Origin: Nitrososphaerota archaeon
GTDB lineage: Archaea; Thermoproteota; Nitrososphaeria_A; Caldarchaeales; Caldarchaeaceae
Direction: 5' to 3'
DNA length: 64,000 bases
NCBI GenBank assembly: GCA_041641305.1
Contig: JBEPYN010000001.1
Span: forward strand, 6,498 to 70,497
The notes below the pieces were generated by a model. The model worked only from the letters and a program-made list of their open reading frames with translations. It ran no database searches and was not told the DNA's origin. Below, one piece after another: positions 34,453 to 43,608 of the stretch. How positions within the stretch are numbered: the stretch's first letter is position 1; each line of letters starts with the position of its first letter. The position numbers were made by a program, and so were the translations under genes.

Positions 34453-36151
34453 GCTCGTTAGGGCTGTCCCGCCTCACAAACCCATAGCGCTCAAACTGCA
34501 CAACCTCATCAAAAACAACACTCTCGACAGCGGCCTCAGCCAATCCCCCCTCAACCCACAGGCTATCCTTATCTACTGAGCCGTCCTCGCTAAACAGCGG
34601 CCTATACCTGATGACTCTGACAAAACGGTTGTCGTCCGAAACCCACTGAATGATCTTTCCTTCCTTGATTGGAGGGCCTCCAACGACTTCGCCCACCACC
34701 TCTTCATCACGCTTCTCAACAACCCTTATGTTTCCGAGCAGTTTGCAGCGAAAAACTTCTCCTACAACCAGTTTTTCAGCGTCCTGCCCCGAGATATAGA
34801 GTGTTCCTCCTGCCCTGATCACCCTCTTACCCATATTGGCCGATGGATGAAATGGAACCTCGACATCGGCTCCGTCGAAGTTAACAAGTCTTAACTTAAC
34901 GGGAGAAGATACGAACCAGAGACGCCTGGCGACGGGGTCCACCAGTTTTCTGTTGATGCTGTGTAAGAGGCTCCAGTCAAATTCTTTTTTTGCCTGTGTG
35001 ACCCCGGCATAGGTGAGTGTGAATTCGCGAATAGCCTGTGGTCTAATCCCTCTTCTCTTCACGGCTTCAATTGTCGAAAGTCTCGGGTCATCCCATCCAG
35101 AGACAACACCCTCCTCAATCAAGCCCCTTATCTCTCTCTTAGATGTAGTGGCCCCACGAAACTCGAAACGTGAAAACTCGACGTAGACAGGGTTACTTAA
35201 TCCGAGGATTCCTCGTATCATGTTTTGGAGCTCATCTCGGAAAGCGAACTCGCTACTGCGGAGGACATGGGTGACACCACATAAACCATCCTGCACAGCG
35301 GCGGCGAAGTCGTAGGTTGGCCAGACAACGTATTCACGTCCCTTGAGTGGGTGAGGGTGGTCAACTATCCTGAACATGACGGGGTCGCGGAGTGCTGTGT
35401 TAGGGCTGGCCACGTCGCCAACCAGCCTGAAGGAGACCTCTCCCTCCCTGTATGCCCTGTCGAGAGCCTTTTCCCACACCTCAAGCCCCTTCTCCCTAAC
35501 CATGTCGCGATGCACACAGCCAACCCCGTGAGAACGCTGGCGATGCATCTCATCGGGGCTGCAGAAACACGGGTAAAGAAACCCCTCCTTAATCATCTTC
35601 TCAGCAAACATGTAGTATTTCTCCATGTCGTCGGAGTTGTTTTTCTCAAAATCCCATTCTATTCCGAGCCATCGGTAGCCTCTGCGGAAGCTTTCATAAA
35701 ACTCGAGACGAGCTTTCCGCGGGTTGGTGTCCTCGAACCTGAGCCAGAGCTTGCCTCCATATCTTCTCGCGTAGTGTTCGTTGATGAGGCCTGCTAGTGC
35801 GTGTCCGAGATGCATGTAGCCGCTCGGCTCGGGCGGAAGTCTGGTGACAACTTTTCCCTCGACAGCTCCGGGTAAAGGGGGAGGTAGACGCGTCTCTCCG
35901 ATATCCCTATGTCTGACAGGCTCTCTCACGCCGAATTTATCTGCCAAAACATGTTTCTGCTTCTCAAGCTCCATAGAGTTGACTTCTGCCACTACTTCTT
36001 CGACAATCTGCCTTACCTCGGCGACCTGTTGACGGAGAGCGGGGTCTGAGCCGAGAAGCTTCGACAGAACGGCCTTAGCGTCAGCCTTACCACCGTGTTC
36101 GACGGCGTTACGCAACGCGAGTTCCAGCGCCCTATCCCGGAGTGAGCTCAT
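34427..36151 (-). CDS. gltX: glutamyl-tRNA synthetase (archaeal type)
   Basis: 574 aa class-I aaRS. VTRLPPEPSGYMHLGHA (HIGH) and archaeal/eukaryal GluRS-type C-terminal anticodon-binding barrel region. Confidence 0.8.
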   Translation of the reverse strand: MSSLRDRALELALRNAVEHGGKADAKAVLSKLLGSDPALRQQVAEVRQIVEEVVAEVNSMELEKQKHVLADKFGVREPVRHRDIGETRLPPPLPGAVEGKVVTRLPPEPSGYMHLGHALAGLINEHYARRYGGKLWLRFEDTNPRKARLEFYESFRRGYRWLGIEWDFEKNNSDDMEKYYMFAEKMIKEGFLYPCFCSPDEMHRQRSHGVGCVHRDMVREKGLEVWEKALDRAYREGEVSFRLVGDVASPNTALRDPVMFRIVDHPHPLKGREYVVWPTYDFAAAVQDGLCGVTHVLRSSEFAFRDELQNMIRGILGLSNPVYVEFSRFEFRGATTSKREIRGLIEEGVVSGWDDPRLSTIEAVKRRGIRPQAIREFTLTYAGVTQAKKEFDWSLLHSINRKLVDPVARRLWFVSSPVKLRLVNFDGADVEVPFHPSANMGKRVIRAGGTLYISGQDAEKLVVGEVFRCKLLGNIRVVEKRDEEVVGEVVGGPPIKEGKIIQWVSDDNRFVRVIRYRPLFSEDGSVDKDSLWVEGGLAEAAVESVVFDEVVQFERYGFVRRDSPNELRFVYCHD

Positions 36152-36266
36152 CTAAAGATTGGTTATGCAGGGGTAATTTATGCATGCGTCGTGAGGTATG
36201 CTAAAAACCTTGTCACAATAGCTTTAAGTTATACACCTCTGCCAGAGTTCAAGGAGATGAAGGCCT

Positions 36267-36638
36267 ATGCCTAATCCATACTACCAAACCTTCACACCCC
36301 CAGAAGAGCTTGTGACAGCGTCTCTTGAAGCGGTGAGACTTGCGAGGACATCAGGTAAAATAAGAAAAGGCGTCAACGAGGTAATCAAGGCTATTGAGAG
36401 AGGTCAAGCAAAGTTCGTGCTGATAGCGACCGATGTTGATCCACCTGAGATTGTAGCCTTTCTGCCGACGCTTTGCGAAGAGAGGAAGATAAGCTACATC
36501 TTTGTCAACTCCAAGTCGCAACTGGGCGAGGTCGCTGGCCTCTCTGTTCCAGCAAGCTCCGTAGCCGTCGTCGACCCTGGCGAGGCAAAGGGTTACATCG
36601 AGGAGATCGTCAAGAAGATACAGGAGATCAAGAAATAG
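36267..36638 (+). CDS. rpl7ae: 50S ribosomal protein L7Ae (kink-turn binding)
   Basis: ELVTASLEAVRLARTSGKIRKGVNEVIKAIERGQAKFVLIATDVDPPEIV. Confidence 0.9.
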   Translation: MPNPYYQTFTPPEELVTASLEAVRLARTSGKIRKGVNEVIKAIERGQAKFVLIATDVDPPEIVAFLPTLCEERKISYIFVNSKSQLGEVAGLSVPASSVAVVDPGEAKGYIEEIVKKIQEIKK

Positions 36639-36649
36639 GGTGAGTAGCC

Positions 36650-36874
36650 GTGAGCGCCAAGGCGCCGCCGAAAATAGAGGAACCAGTGCCTGCAGTGGTC
36701 GAGCAGGTTGTGGGAAGAACCGGTGTAACGGGGGAGGTTACCCAAGTACGCGTACGCATACTGAAGGGTAAAGACGAGGGTAGAGTGATTTCGCGAAACG
36801 TCAAGGGACCCGTCAGAGTCGGCGACATTCTAATGCTCCTTGACACAGAGAGGGAAGCAGAGAAGATAAAGTGA
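36650..36874 (+). CDS. rps28e: 30S ribosomal protein S28e
   Basis: [49 protein letters not shown]. Confidence 0.9.
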   Translation: MSAKAPPKIEEPVPAVVEQVVGRTGVTGEVTQVRVRILKGKDEGRVISRNVKGPVRVGDILMLLDTEREAEKIK

Positions 36875-36881
36875 GCAGCAA

Positions 36882-37055
36882 ATGGTCAGAACGCATCGCT
36901 GCTCTTTTTGCGGACGGGAGTTCACACATGGAAAAGGCATGCTCTACGTGAAAAACGACGGAACACTTCTATGGTTCTGCTCACGAAAATGCCGAATCTA
37001 CTTGGTTGAGCATGGCAAAGACCCGCGTAAACTGAAATGGACTAAATCAAGGTGA
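36882..37055 (+). CDS. rpl24e: 50S ribosomal protein L24e
   Basis: 57-aa ORF below the ORF-track cutoff, translated by hand: MVRTHRCSFCGREFTHGKGMLYVKNDGTLLWFCSRKCRIYLVEHGKDPRKLKWTKSR (C4 zinc ribbon, L24e). Confidence 0.85.
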   Translation: MVRTHRCSFCGREFTHGKGMLYVKNDGTLLWFCSRKCRIYLVEHGKDPRKLKWTKSR

Positions 37056-37062
37056 TCACAAG

Positions 37063-37479
37063 TTGGATAGGACATTTGTCATATTGAAGCCAAGCGCGGT
37101 CTCACGCGGTCTCGTGGGCGAAATTATTTCGAGGTTTGAGAGAAAAGGGCTGAGACCTCTCGCTATTCAGCTTAAACAGTTGACAAGGGATGAGGCGGCC
37201 AGGCTCTACGAGGTTCACCGCGGTAAACCATTTTACGAGGATTTGCTAACAGCCATAACGAGGGGTCCAGTCGTGCTCCTTGTTCTAGAGGGCCGGCAGG
37301 CCGTGGAAGTGGTTAGGAAACTAATAGGCGCGACCGACCCCGTAAAAGCCGAGCCCGGAACAATTAGAGGAGACTACGGACTTGACATAACAGACAACCT
37401 CGTACACGCCTCCGACAGTGTAGAATCATTTCAAAGGGAATCGGCCATATTTTTCCCTAGTTTAGAGAAAACACATTAA
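37063..37479 (+). CDS. ndk: nucleoside diphosphate kinase
   Basis: TFVILKPSAVSRGLVGEIISRFERKGL...NLVHASDS (active-site His). TTG start per ORF track. Confidence 0.85.
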   Translation: MDRTFVILKPSAVSRGLVGEIISRFERKGLRPLAIQLKQLTRDEAARLYEVHRGKPFYEDLLTAITRGPVVLLVLEGRQAVEVVRKLIGATDPVKAEPGTIRGDYGLDITDNLVHASDSVESFQRESAIFFPSLEKTH

Positions 37480-37503
37480 GAGCTTTATATCCGAGTTGGT
37501 GAA

Positions 37504-38742
37504 ATGGCGTTCCCTAAGCAGCCAGAGGTCAACATAGGCACTCTCGGCCACGTTGACAACGGGAAGAGCACAATCGTCCAGAGCATAACGGGTGTATGGA
37601 CGGCGAAGCACAGCGAGGAGCTTAAACGCGGGATAACCATACGAATTGGATACGCTGACGCAGCCATCTACGTCTGTCCACGATGTACACCGCCGTACAA
37701 CCATTACTCGGTCGAGAAGTGTCCCATCCATGGAACAGCAAACGAGTTTCAGAGAGTCGTCTCCTTCATAGACTGCCCAGGTCATCACTCTCTCATGGTC
37801 ACTATGCTTTCTGGTGCTGCATTATTCGACGGCGCCATTTTCGTGACAGACGTTAGACAAAAGTTCCCGCAGCCCCAGGACGGCGAGCATCTACAGGCAG
37901 CGAAAATCCTCGGAATAAAGAACTTGATTATTGCTCAGAACAAAATCGACCTCGTCGACAAGAGAAGGGCTGAGGAGAATTATGAAGAGATTGTCAGCTA
38001 TCTTGAGGAAAACGGCTTCGAGAAACCACCGATCATACCTGTGTCTGGACAGCACGGAGTCGGCATAGAACCACTGCTTTATGCAATACAGCAGGTTATC
38101 AGGACCCCGCAGCGTGACCCGTCGAAACCGTCGCGCATGCCTGTGCTTAGGTCATTCGATGTCAACATCCCAGGCACACCTGCGAAAAACATTAGAGGCG
38201 CTGTAATCGGCGGCTCCATTACACAAGGGGTTTTGAGGGTTGGTGACGAGATTGAGATACAGCCCGGCTTAGGGAAACAGAAGATGGGCAAAACGGTTTA
38301 CGAGCCTCTCTACACCGAGGTGGCGAACCTCGTTGCAGGTGGAAAAAACGTGAAAGAAGCTTACCCTGGAGGGCTTACGGGTGTGGAGACGACACTGGAC
38401 CCGTCTCTGGGAAAAGGAGATGGGCTGGTCGGAAATGTCGCGGGCAAGCCAGGCACCCTGCCCCCTGTCTGGAGCACCTTAACCCTCGAGTATCATTTGT
38501 TTGAAAGAGTTCTCGGCATAGAGGGGAATGTGGCGGTGAAGCAGATTGCGGAGAAAGAGGCTCTGGTCATAAACGTGTCATCTGCTGTTTCCAGCGGCGT
38601 TGTCTCTAAAAAAACCTCAAGCAAAATCGAAGTTGTTTTGTCTCGTCCACTTGTGGCGGAGCCTGGAAGCAAAGCAGCCATCTCAAGGAAAGTGGGTGCC
38701 GGATGGCGTCTCATCGGTTACGGCATCATAATGGGGAGCTAA
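37504..38742 (+). CDS. eif2g: translation initiation factor aIF-2 gamma subunit
   Basis: NIGTLGHVDNGKST...zinc knuckle CPRC...CP...DCPGH...NKID. 412 aa. Confidence 0.9.
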   Translation: MAFPKQPEVNIGTLGHVDNGKSTIVQSITGVWTAKHSEELKRGITIRIGYADAAIYVCPRCTPPYNHYSVEKCPIHGTANEFQRVVSFIDCPGHHSLMVTMLSGAALFDGAIFVTDVRQKFPQPQDGEHLQAAKILGIKNLIIAQNKIDLVDKRRAEENYEEIVSYLEENGFEKPPIIPVSGQHGVGIEPLLYAIQQVIRTPQRDPSKPSRMPVLRSFDVNIPGTPAKNIRGAVIGGSITQGVLRVGDEIEIQPGLGKQKMGKTVYEPLYTEVANLVAGGKNVKEAYPGGLTGVETTLDPSLGKGDGLVGNVAGKPGTLPPVWSTLTLEYHLFERVLGIEGNVAVKQIAEKEALVINVSSAVSSGVVSKKTSSKIEVVLSRPLVAEPGSKAAISRKVGAGWRLIGYGIIMGS

Positions 38743-39126
38743 GTGAAGGTACTGGTTGACACGAGCTTTTTGCTATTTTGTGCGGAAAAGGGTGTGGACT
38801 ACCTCTCTATCCTCGAGAATAGGTTGGGTGACAAGCTTGAGCCCGTGGCTCCTGTCTCTGTTATTGCTGAGTTGAAGAGGCTGGCCGACAAGAGAGGGCG
38901 GAAATCAATGCTGGCCAAGGCCGCTCTGGAAATGTTGAAAAACATGGAGCAACTGCCGGGAAAATCCGGCGTCGTTGACGAGGTCTTGATTGAGCTGGCA
39001 CGTGAGACAGGGTACCCTGTTTTGACGGTGGATACTCGTCTAATGCGGAGGCTCGGGTTAAGAAATCTCGAGTATCTCGGGGTTTCGGCGACGGGTAAGC
39101 CAATAGTTAGGCTTAAATTCCGTTAA
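38743..39126 (+). CDS. PIN-domain protein of the conserved aIF2gamma-RpoE-Spt4 operon
   Basis: MKVLVDTSFLL...VIAELKRLA...VLTVDTRL acidic residue pattern of a PIN fold. 127 aa. Confidence 0.65.
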   Translation: MKVLVDTSFLLFCAEKGVDYLSILENRLGDKLEPVAPVSVIAELKRLADKRGRKSMLAKAALEMLKNMEQLPGKSGVVDEVLIELARETGYPVLTVDTRLMRRLGLRNLEYLGVSATGKPIVRLKFR

Positions 39127-39172
39127 ATAAGGCTCAATACATACTTGCTGACAAGGGATAGGGTGTGTAATC

Positions 39173-39736
39173 TTGTTCATGCTGGTTGAGGTTTCGGAGA
39201 TTGTTGGAATTCCACCGGCGGACTTTGATAAGCCGCTGGAGAAGGTGGTTCTCAACGAGTTGAGAAAACGCTACGAAGGGGCGGTGGATGAGGAGCTGGG
39301 ATACATCATCATGGTGACCGACGCTAAAGTGGATAAAGTGGGCAGAATACTCCCCCGCGACGGCTCCACCTACCATAGAAGCACTTTTACACTTCTAACC
39401 TACATGCCGCTGCTCAACGAGGTGGTGCTTGGCGAAGTGGTCGAGATAACAGACTTCGGCTGCTTCGTCAGAGTGGGCCCTCTCGACGGCTTGATACACA
39501 TATCACAGATAATGGATGACTATATTACATATGACGAGAAAAACAACATGCTTGTCGGAAGGAAAACTGGCCGTAAACTCTCGGTGGGCGACGACGTTAG
39601 AGGCCGGATAAACGCCGTTTCTTTCGCAGGAGGCGCGGGTGGAAAGGTGTCTCTAGTGACGCGGCAGCCTATGATGGGCTCTCTCAAATGGATAGAGGAG
39701 GATTTGGCGAAGACGGTGCAGTCAAGTGTCGGCTAA
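39173..39736 (+). CDS. rpoE: DNA-directed RNA polymerase subunit E' (Rpb7-like)
   Basis: N-terminal RNP-like domain plus S1 domain (GEVVEITDFGCFVRVGPLDGLIHISQIMDDY). Confidence 0.85.
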   Translation: MFMLVEVSEIVGIPPADFDKPLEKVVLNELRKRYEGAVDEELGYIIMVTDAKVDKVGRILPRDGSTYHRSTFTLLTYMPLLNEVVLGEVVEITDFGCFVRVGPLDGLIHISQIMDDYITYDEKNNMLVGRKTGRKLSVGDDVRGRINAVSFAGGAGGKVSLVTRQPMMGSLKWIEEDLAKTVQSSVG

Positions 39737-39917
39737 GCCGAGGGCGTGTAGAAACTGCAAAAGAATAGTTGTGGGAAAGACCTGCGACGTATGCGGTTCA
39801 TCAAACCTTAGCACCAGCTACTCCGGTCTCGTGATAATCCTCGACGTGGAGAACTCGGAGATTGCGAAGGAGCTGGGAATAAGGAAATCGGGAAGATACG
39901 CGGTCAAAGTTGACTAA
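39726..39917 (+). CDS. spt4: transcription elongation factor Spt4 (RpoE'')
   Basis: CRNCKRIVVGKTCDVCGSSNLSTSYSGLVIILD: Zn-ribbon Spt4. Confidence 0.85.
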   Translation: MSAKPRACRNCKRIVVGKTCDVCGSSNLSTSYSGLVIILDVENSEIAKELGIRKSGRYAVKVD

Positions 39918-40416
39918 CCTCTGGAGCAGACGCATATCCTTCACCGAAGACATGAAGAACCGTGTGCGGACACCGCTGGGTGAACTGAGACTCGGTGATC
40001 TGACATATTCTAAGGACCTTGCGGAAGCTAAGCCGCTTGTAGTTGTAGGGGACTACACCTATAAACAGATGATTAAAGCAGGTTTGAGGCCGGATGTCGT
40101 GGTAGTGGATGCGAGGGTAATGCGAGATGCTGCGGAGCCGCCTTCGCTCGAAGGCTACGAGGTTACACATGTTAGGAACATGGCTGGAGTAATTGAGCCT
40201 GCCGCCGCCGAAGCCGTTGTCACAGCTGTACTCAGAGGCCGGGGCGCTGTCTTTGTAGACGGGGAGGAGGATCTTCTGGCTTTGCCCGCTATTCACGCTC
40301 TACCCGAAGGTGGAGTGGTTGTCTATGGACAGCCAAAGCAGGGATACGTTGTGGTCAAATCTTCCCCAGAGGTCAAAAGGCTGGTTGAGGAAATTATTTC
40401 GCCTGCTCCTGTTTGA
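39910..40416 (+). CDS. DUF359/COG1909-family protein (proposed GTP-dependent dephospho-CoA kinase)
   Basis: 168 aa. LVVVGDYTYKQMIKAGLRPDVVVVDARVMRD. Position directly after spt4 matches the conserved archaeal neighbourhood. Confidence 0.5.
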   Translation: MTNLWSRRISFTEDMKNRVRTPLGELRLGDLTYSKDLAEAKPLVVVGDYTYKQMIKAGLRPDVVVVDARVMRDAAEPPSLEGYEVTHVRNMAGVIEPAAAEAVVTAVLRGRGAVFVDGEEDLLALPAIHALPEGGVVVYGQPKQGYVVVKSSPEVKRLVEEIISPAPV

Positions 40417-40564
40417 ACTTGGTGTAACCGCATTTCCCGCATGTATATCTGTTGCCGTGGTCTGCCATAAAGTATCCGACACCGCATCTCGGGCATGAGA
40501 CCAAAGTTTTCTCGATGCGCCCATCCTTCACCACATACCTTTTCCAAAGACCTTGTTTCGTCAT
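40394..40564 (-). CDS. rps27ae: 30S ribosomal protein S27ae
   Basis: 56-aa ORF below the ORF-track cutoff, hand translated: MTKQGLWKRYVVKDGRIEKTLVSCPRCGVGYFMADHGNRYTCGKCGYTKFKQEQAK. ATGA overlap with the rps24e stop. Confidence 0.85.
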   Translation of the reverse strand: MTKQGLWKRYVVKDGRIEKTLVSCPRCGVGYFMADHGNRYTCGKCGYTKFKQEQAK

Positions 40565-40860
40565 TTCTTCGGCCTCTCCGCGAGCTTGTTCCTGATAAGT
40601 ATATGAAGCGGCTCAAAGACCTTGATTTCTTCAGCCTTGTTGTAGACATTTGCATAAACATCCACTATTCTCGAGCCTGTGCGGTAGAGGAGTTTTCTAA
40701 TGACTACTCTGGATGGGTCGATGTTGAGATGCGCTGCTATAAGCTGCTTGGCCTCGTCACGTGTAATAGGGTTGGTGTATGAAATTTTGGCTGTTATCTC
40801 ACGTCTGCCCACCAGCTTGTTTTCCACAAGCTTCGAGTCAACCAGCGACATCCTCTTCAC
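40561..40860 (-). CDS. rps24e: 30S ribosomal protein S24e
   Basis: EITAKISYTNPITRDEAKQLIAAHLNIDPSRVVIRKLLYRTGSRIVDVYANVY. Confidence 0.85.
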   Translation of the reverse strand: MKRMSLVDSKLVENKLVGRREITAKISYTNPITRDEAKQLIAAHLNIDPSRVVIRKLLYRTGSRIVDVYANVYNKAEEIKVFEPLHILIRNKLAERPKK

Positions 40861-41263
40861 CTCTCTTGACGAGGACGGCGTTTATCTGAGCTATCGCCTC
40901 GCTGATCGTGTCTCCCCTAACTGTGACACGTTTCCTTAACCCCTTAATCAGCCGTCTGGCCCTCTTCTTCTTCCTCTTGGAGGGAGGCTTCCGCCGCGGA
41001 TGAAACCCAGGTCCCCCTGAGAGCAAAACCCTCACCTTACGAGGACCTGAGACGTCTGGACGCATGGGGAGCCCGTCTTTGTCAGTACCTCCGGTTATCC
41101 TTATCAAGTATCCTTTGTAGCCGAAAACTCCCCCGTCAACAGTCTCCCCAATTCTTTTGCCAATCAAAAGCGTGAGCTGCTGAGGTGTAAGTTGGATGGT
41201 CGAGGCTTTCTTCTGGACAGGGTCTGACAACACCATTCGAGGGCCAGCTGCTTGCTGCGACAT
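40838..41263 (-). CDS. rps6e: 30S ribosomal protein S6e
   Basis: IGETVDGGVFGYKGYLIRITGGTDKDGLPMRPDVSGPRKVRVLLSGGPGF, basic C-terminus. Confidence 0.85.
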   Translation of the reverse strand: MSQQAAGPRMVLSDPVQKKASTIQLTPQQLTLLIGKRIGETVDGGVFGYKGYLIRITGGTDKDGLPMRPDVSGPRKVRVLLSGGPGFHPRRKPPSKRKKKRARRLIKGLRKRVTVRGDTISEAIAQINAVLVKRGEEDVAG

Positions 41264-41302
41264 CTAAACACCATCGCCTATGCTCAGCAATTTAAACATG
41301 AG

Positions 41303-43549
41303 CTACCTCGCCCACAGGGGGTTCTTCACACGCATTATCTCCACAAGCTCCTCCAAAGTTTTGAGGGCATGAGGCTCCAGCATAGCGGCATAGTTTGTGA
41401 GCAGCTGGCGGGCGTCGCGTTCGGGGACAGCGACATAGAGCTCCTCGTCGCCGTGAATAGTTCGGCCGACCACAGCGTCTCGGATGGAGACGGCCACCTT
41501 CATTCCAGCTTTGGCGAGGCTTATCGCCTGTCCTCTATCCTGTATCTGTGAGAGCTGCCCCACGGTCTTGCCCAATTTATTGACCAGCTGCACACCCGGA
41601 CGAATTTCGCCAGCCAAAACCTCCACACCCACTATAGCAGGCTCACTACGTCTGAAAATGAAGTCCTTCAGTATCTTTATCTTGCCAGGCTTCACAAGCG
41701 ACTCAAACTCAGCCGCTTGCCTGGCTCTAACGGTTTCGGCGACCCAGCTCTCATATTCTTCTACAAGGCGGAAAAGGACATCGTTTTTGAAGATGCGGAC
41801 ACCCTTCGAAAGAGCTTCACGCTCCAGCTCTGGGTCAACTCGCACCCCGTAAGCCAAGATTACGCCTAGGAGCTCATCCTTCAAGTGGACGACATGGGCT
41901 TCGACTATGTCGCGTTTGGAGACATCCCCGATGTCAGCCATTCGTATTAACACACCTTTGTCACGAAGATAGTTGACCGCTGCTTCCAGTGTTCCAAGTG
42001 CATCGGCCTTGACCACAACCCCTATTTTGTCTGTCGAGAGAATAAACTCCTGAGCCTCCTCCGCAACACGCCTAAGATCCTCTACCTCGTTTTTCACAAC
42101 CAGTAGAGGTGATCCGGCTACGGCGTCCTCAAGCATTTCGGCAACCATTTTGACGCCAGCAGCCGCCGAAATCTGGTCGATGCTCTTCAGCCTATCACGT
42201 GGGTCGCGTATCTCGTCAAGTGGTTTGGGCAACAGAAGCGCCTTGACTTTCGACGTTGTAGGGCCTCGGCGTGTGAGAAAAGCAACCTTTTCGCCAACCC
42301 TTAATGTTCCTGTGTGAATAAGAATGTTAGCTGTGGCGCCGAAGCCCTCTTCCTCTACAATCTCGAGGATGACACCTTCACATCTGTCCTCCCTTTTCAT
42401 TAGACGCTGCTTCATAAACTGCTGAGCAAGTCCGAGGAGAAGCAAGAGGAGGTCGGGTATGCCTTCGCCTGTCTTAGCGCTGACGGGAATGATGGCTACG
42501 GTGTCTGTGAACGACTTTATCCTAGTGTAGAGGTCTGACCTGAAGCCGAGGAAACTGAGGTCCCCCATCAGGTTATAAATCCTGTTGTCGAGGTCTTCGG
42601 CGACGGCTTTCTGCTGGTTGTTGTATGTTTTTATGAATGGGGCGTTGGGCGTAGGCCGCCATCCGGGTATCATGTCTATTTTGTTGGCGGCTACCACGAA
42701 GGGTGTTTTCCTAGAGCGAAGAAGCTGGATGCTTTCCCTTGTCTGTTCTTGGACACCTTTCATGATGTCGATGACGAGGATGGCCATGTCGGCGACGGAG
42801 CCTCCCCGTTTCCTGAGGTTGGAGAAGGCCGCGTGCCCCGGTGTGTCGATGAAGAGGATGCCGGGAATTTCCAGCTTGACTTTGAGCTCTCCCAGTAGCT
42901 GTCGACATGTCTCCTCTATTGCCTTTATGGGGAAGATCGTTGCCCCGATGTGCTGTGTTATGCCACCGGCCTCCCTGGCGGCGACGAGGGTTCCCCGCAT
43001 CTTATCAAGAAGGGAGGTGTTGTGGAGAATGATTTCTTGTGCTTCGTAGAAGTGTGTCGGGGGCACTGTGAAGTCGTAGACGTAGCGGTAGCTGGGCTTG
43101 GTTTTTTCGATGGCTTCTACAGTTACGAATGTGACTTGTTTTCCTCGCAGGCTTAGCAGCCTGTCTCCCGGCTTTAGCCTATCAGCTCTTACGAAGACAT
43201 GTAGAAAGTTGTTCACAGCCTTTGCGTAGGGATGCTCGGGTGTTGTTTCGACGGTTTCTCCGTTGGAGAGATATATTCGGGTCATGGTTTTTGGTGCACG
43301 TCTTCTCCAGAGCAGCATAGCCTCGGCCTCGCGATTATCTGTCAGGGTCACGAGGGTTGGTTTCTTCTGCGGCTCCACAGCCACCCCATCGGAAACATGG
43401 TAGACTTTTCCACCTCTGGCGTATGTTCTGAACATATCCTCGGCGGAGACATAACCTTCCCCAGTTTCGTGTATGAGTGTCCATGGGGCAACGCATTTTC
43501 CATGGTCCACATGGCCCAGAACAACCACTATCGGCTCCCTGTAGCGCAT
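41303..43549 (-). CDS. infB: translation initiation factor aIF-5B, interrupted in the P-loop by an in-frame mini-intein
   Basis: MRYREPIVVVLGHVDHGK|C...intein...HN|TSLLDKMRGT...; downstream G domain, domain II, and C-terminal beta-barrel typical of aIF5B. 748 aa precursor. Confidence 0.9.
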   Translation of the reverse strand: MRYREPIVVVLGHVDHGKCVAPWTLIHETGEGYVSAEDMFRTYARGGKVYHVSDGVAVEPQKKPTLVTLTDNREAEAMLLWRRRAPKTMTRIYLSNGETVETTPEHPYAKAVNNFLHVFVRADRLKPGDRLLSLRGKQVTFVTVEAIEKTKPSYRYVYDFTVPPTHFYEAQEIILHNTSLLDKMRGTLVAAREAGGITQHIGATIFPIKAIEETCRQLLGELKVKLEIPGILFIDTPGHAAFSNLRKRGGSVADMAILVIDIMKGVQEQTRESIQLLRSRKTPFVVAANKIDMIPGWRPTPNAPFIKTYNNQQKAVAEDLDNRIYNLMGDLSFLGFRSDLYTRIKSFTDTVAIIPVSAKTGEGIPDLLLLLLGLAQQFMKQRLMKREDRCEGVILEIVEEEGFGATANILIHTGTLRVGEKVAFLTRRGPTTSKVKALLLPKPLDEIRDPRDRLKSIDQISAAAGVKMVAEMLEDAVAGSPLLVVKNEVEDLRRVAEEAQEFILSTDKIGVVVKADALGTLEAAVNYLRDKGVLIRMADIGDVSKRDIVEAHVVHLKDELLGVILAYGVRVDPELEREALSKGVRIFKNDVLFRLVEEYESWVAETVRARQAAEFESLVKPGKIKILKDFIFRRSEPAIVGVEVLAGEIRPGVQLVNKLGKTVGQLSQIQDRGQAISLAKAGMKVAVSIRDAVVGRTIHGDEELYVAVPERDARQLLTNYAAMLEPHALKTLEELVEIMRVKNPLWAR
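43019..43495 (-). mobile_element. mini-intein (159 aa, no homing-endonuclease domain) in aIF-5B P-loop
   Basis: Starts with Cys immediately after GHVDHGK and ends ...EIILHN followed by Thr (+1). Block B TxxH present (TTPEHPY). The flanking extein residues reconstitute the canonical GHVDHGKT-SLLDKMRGT junction. Confidence 0.8.
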
Positions 43550-43608
43550 CCCAGTGGAAGTAACAACAAGTATAACTAAAAGTTATCACAAAACTTGTTA
43601 GCAAAGGT

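Noticed and set aside
40323-40661. 112-aa minus-strand ORF
   Set aside because: Overlaps rps27ae and rps24e in another frame. The translation is low-complexity, while both r-protein translations are clear matches.
41484-43156. Plus-strand ORFs (122, 154, 68 aa) inside infB
   Set aside because: Antisense to a continuous, well-conserved aIF5B reading frame.
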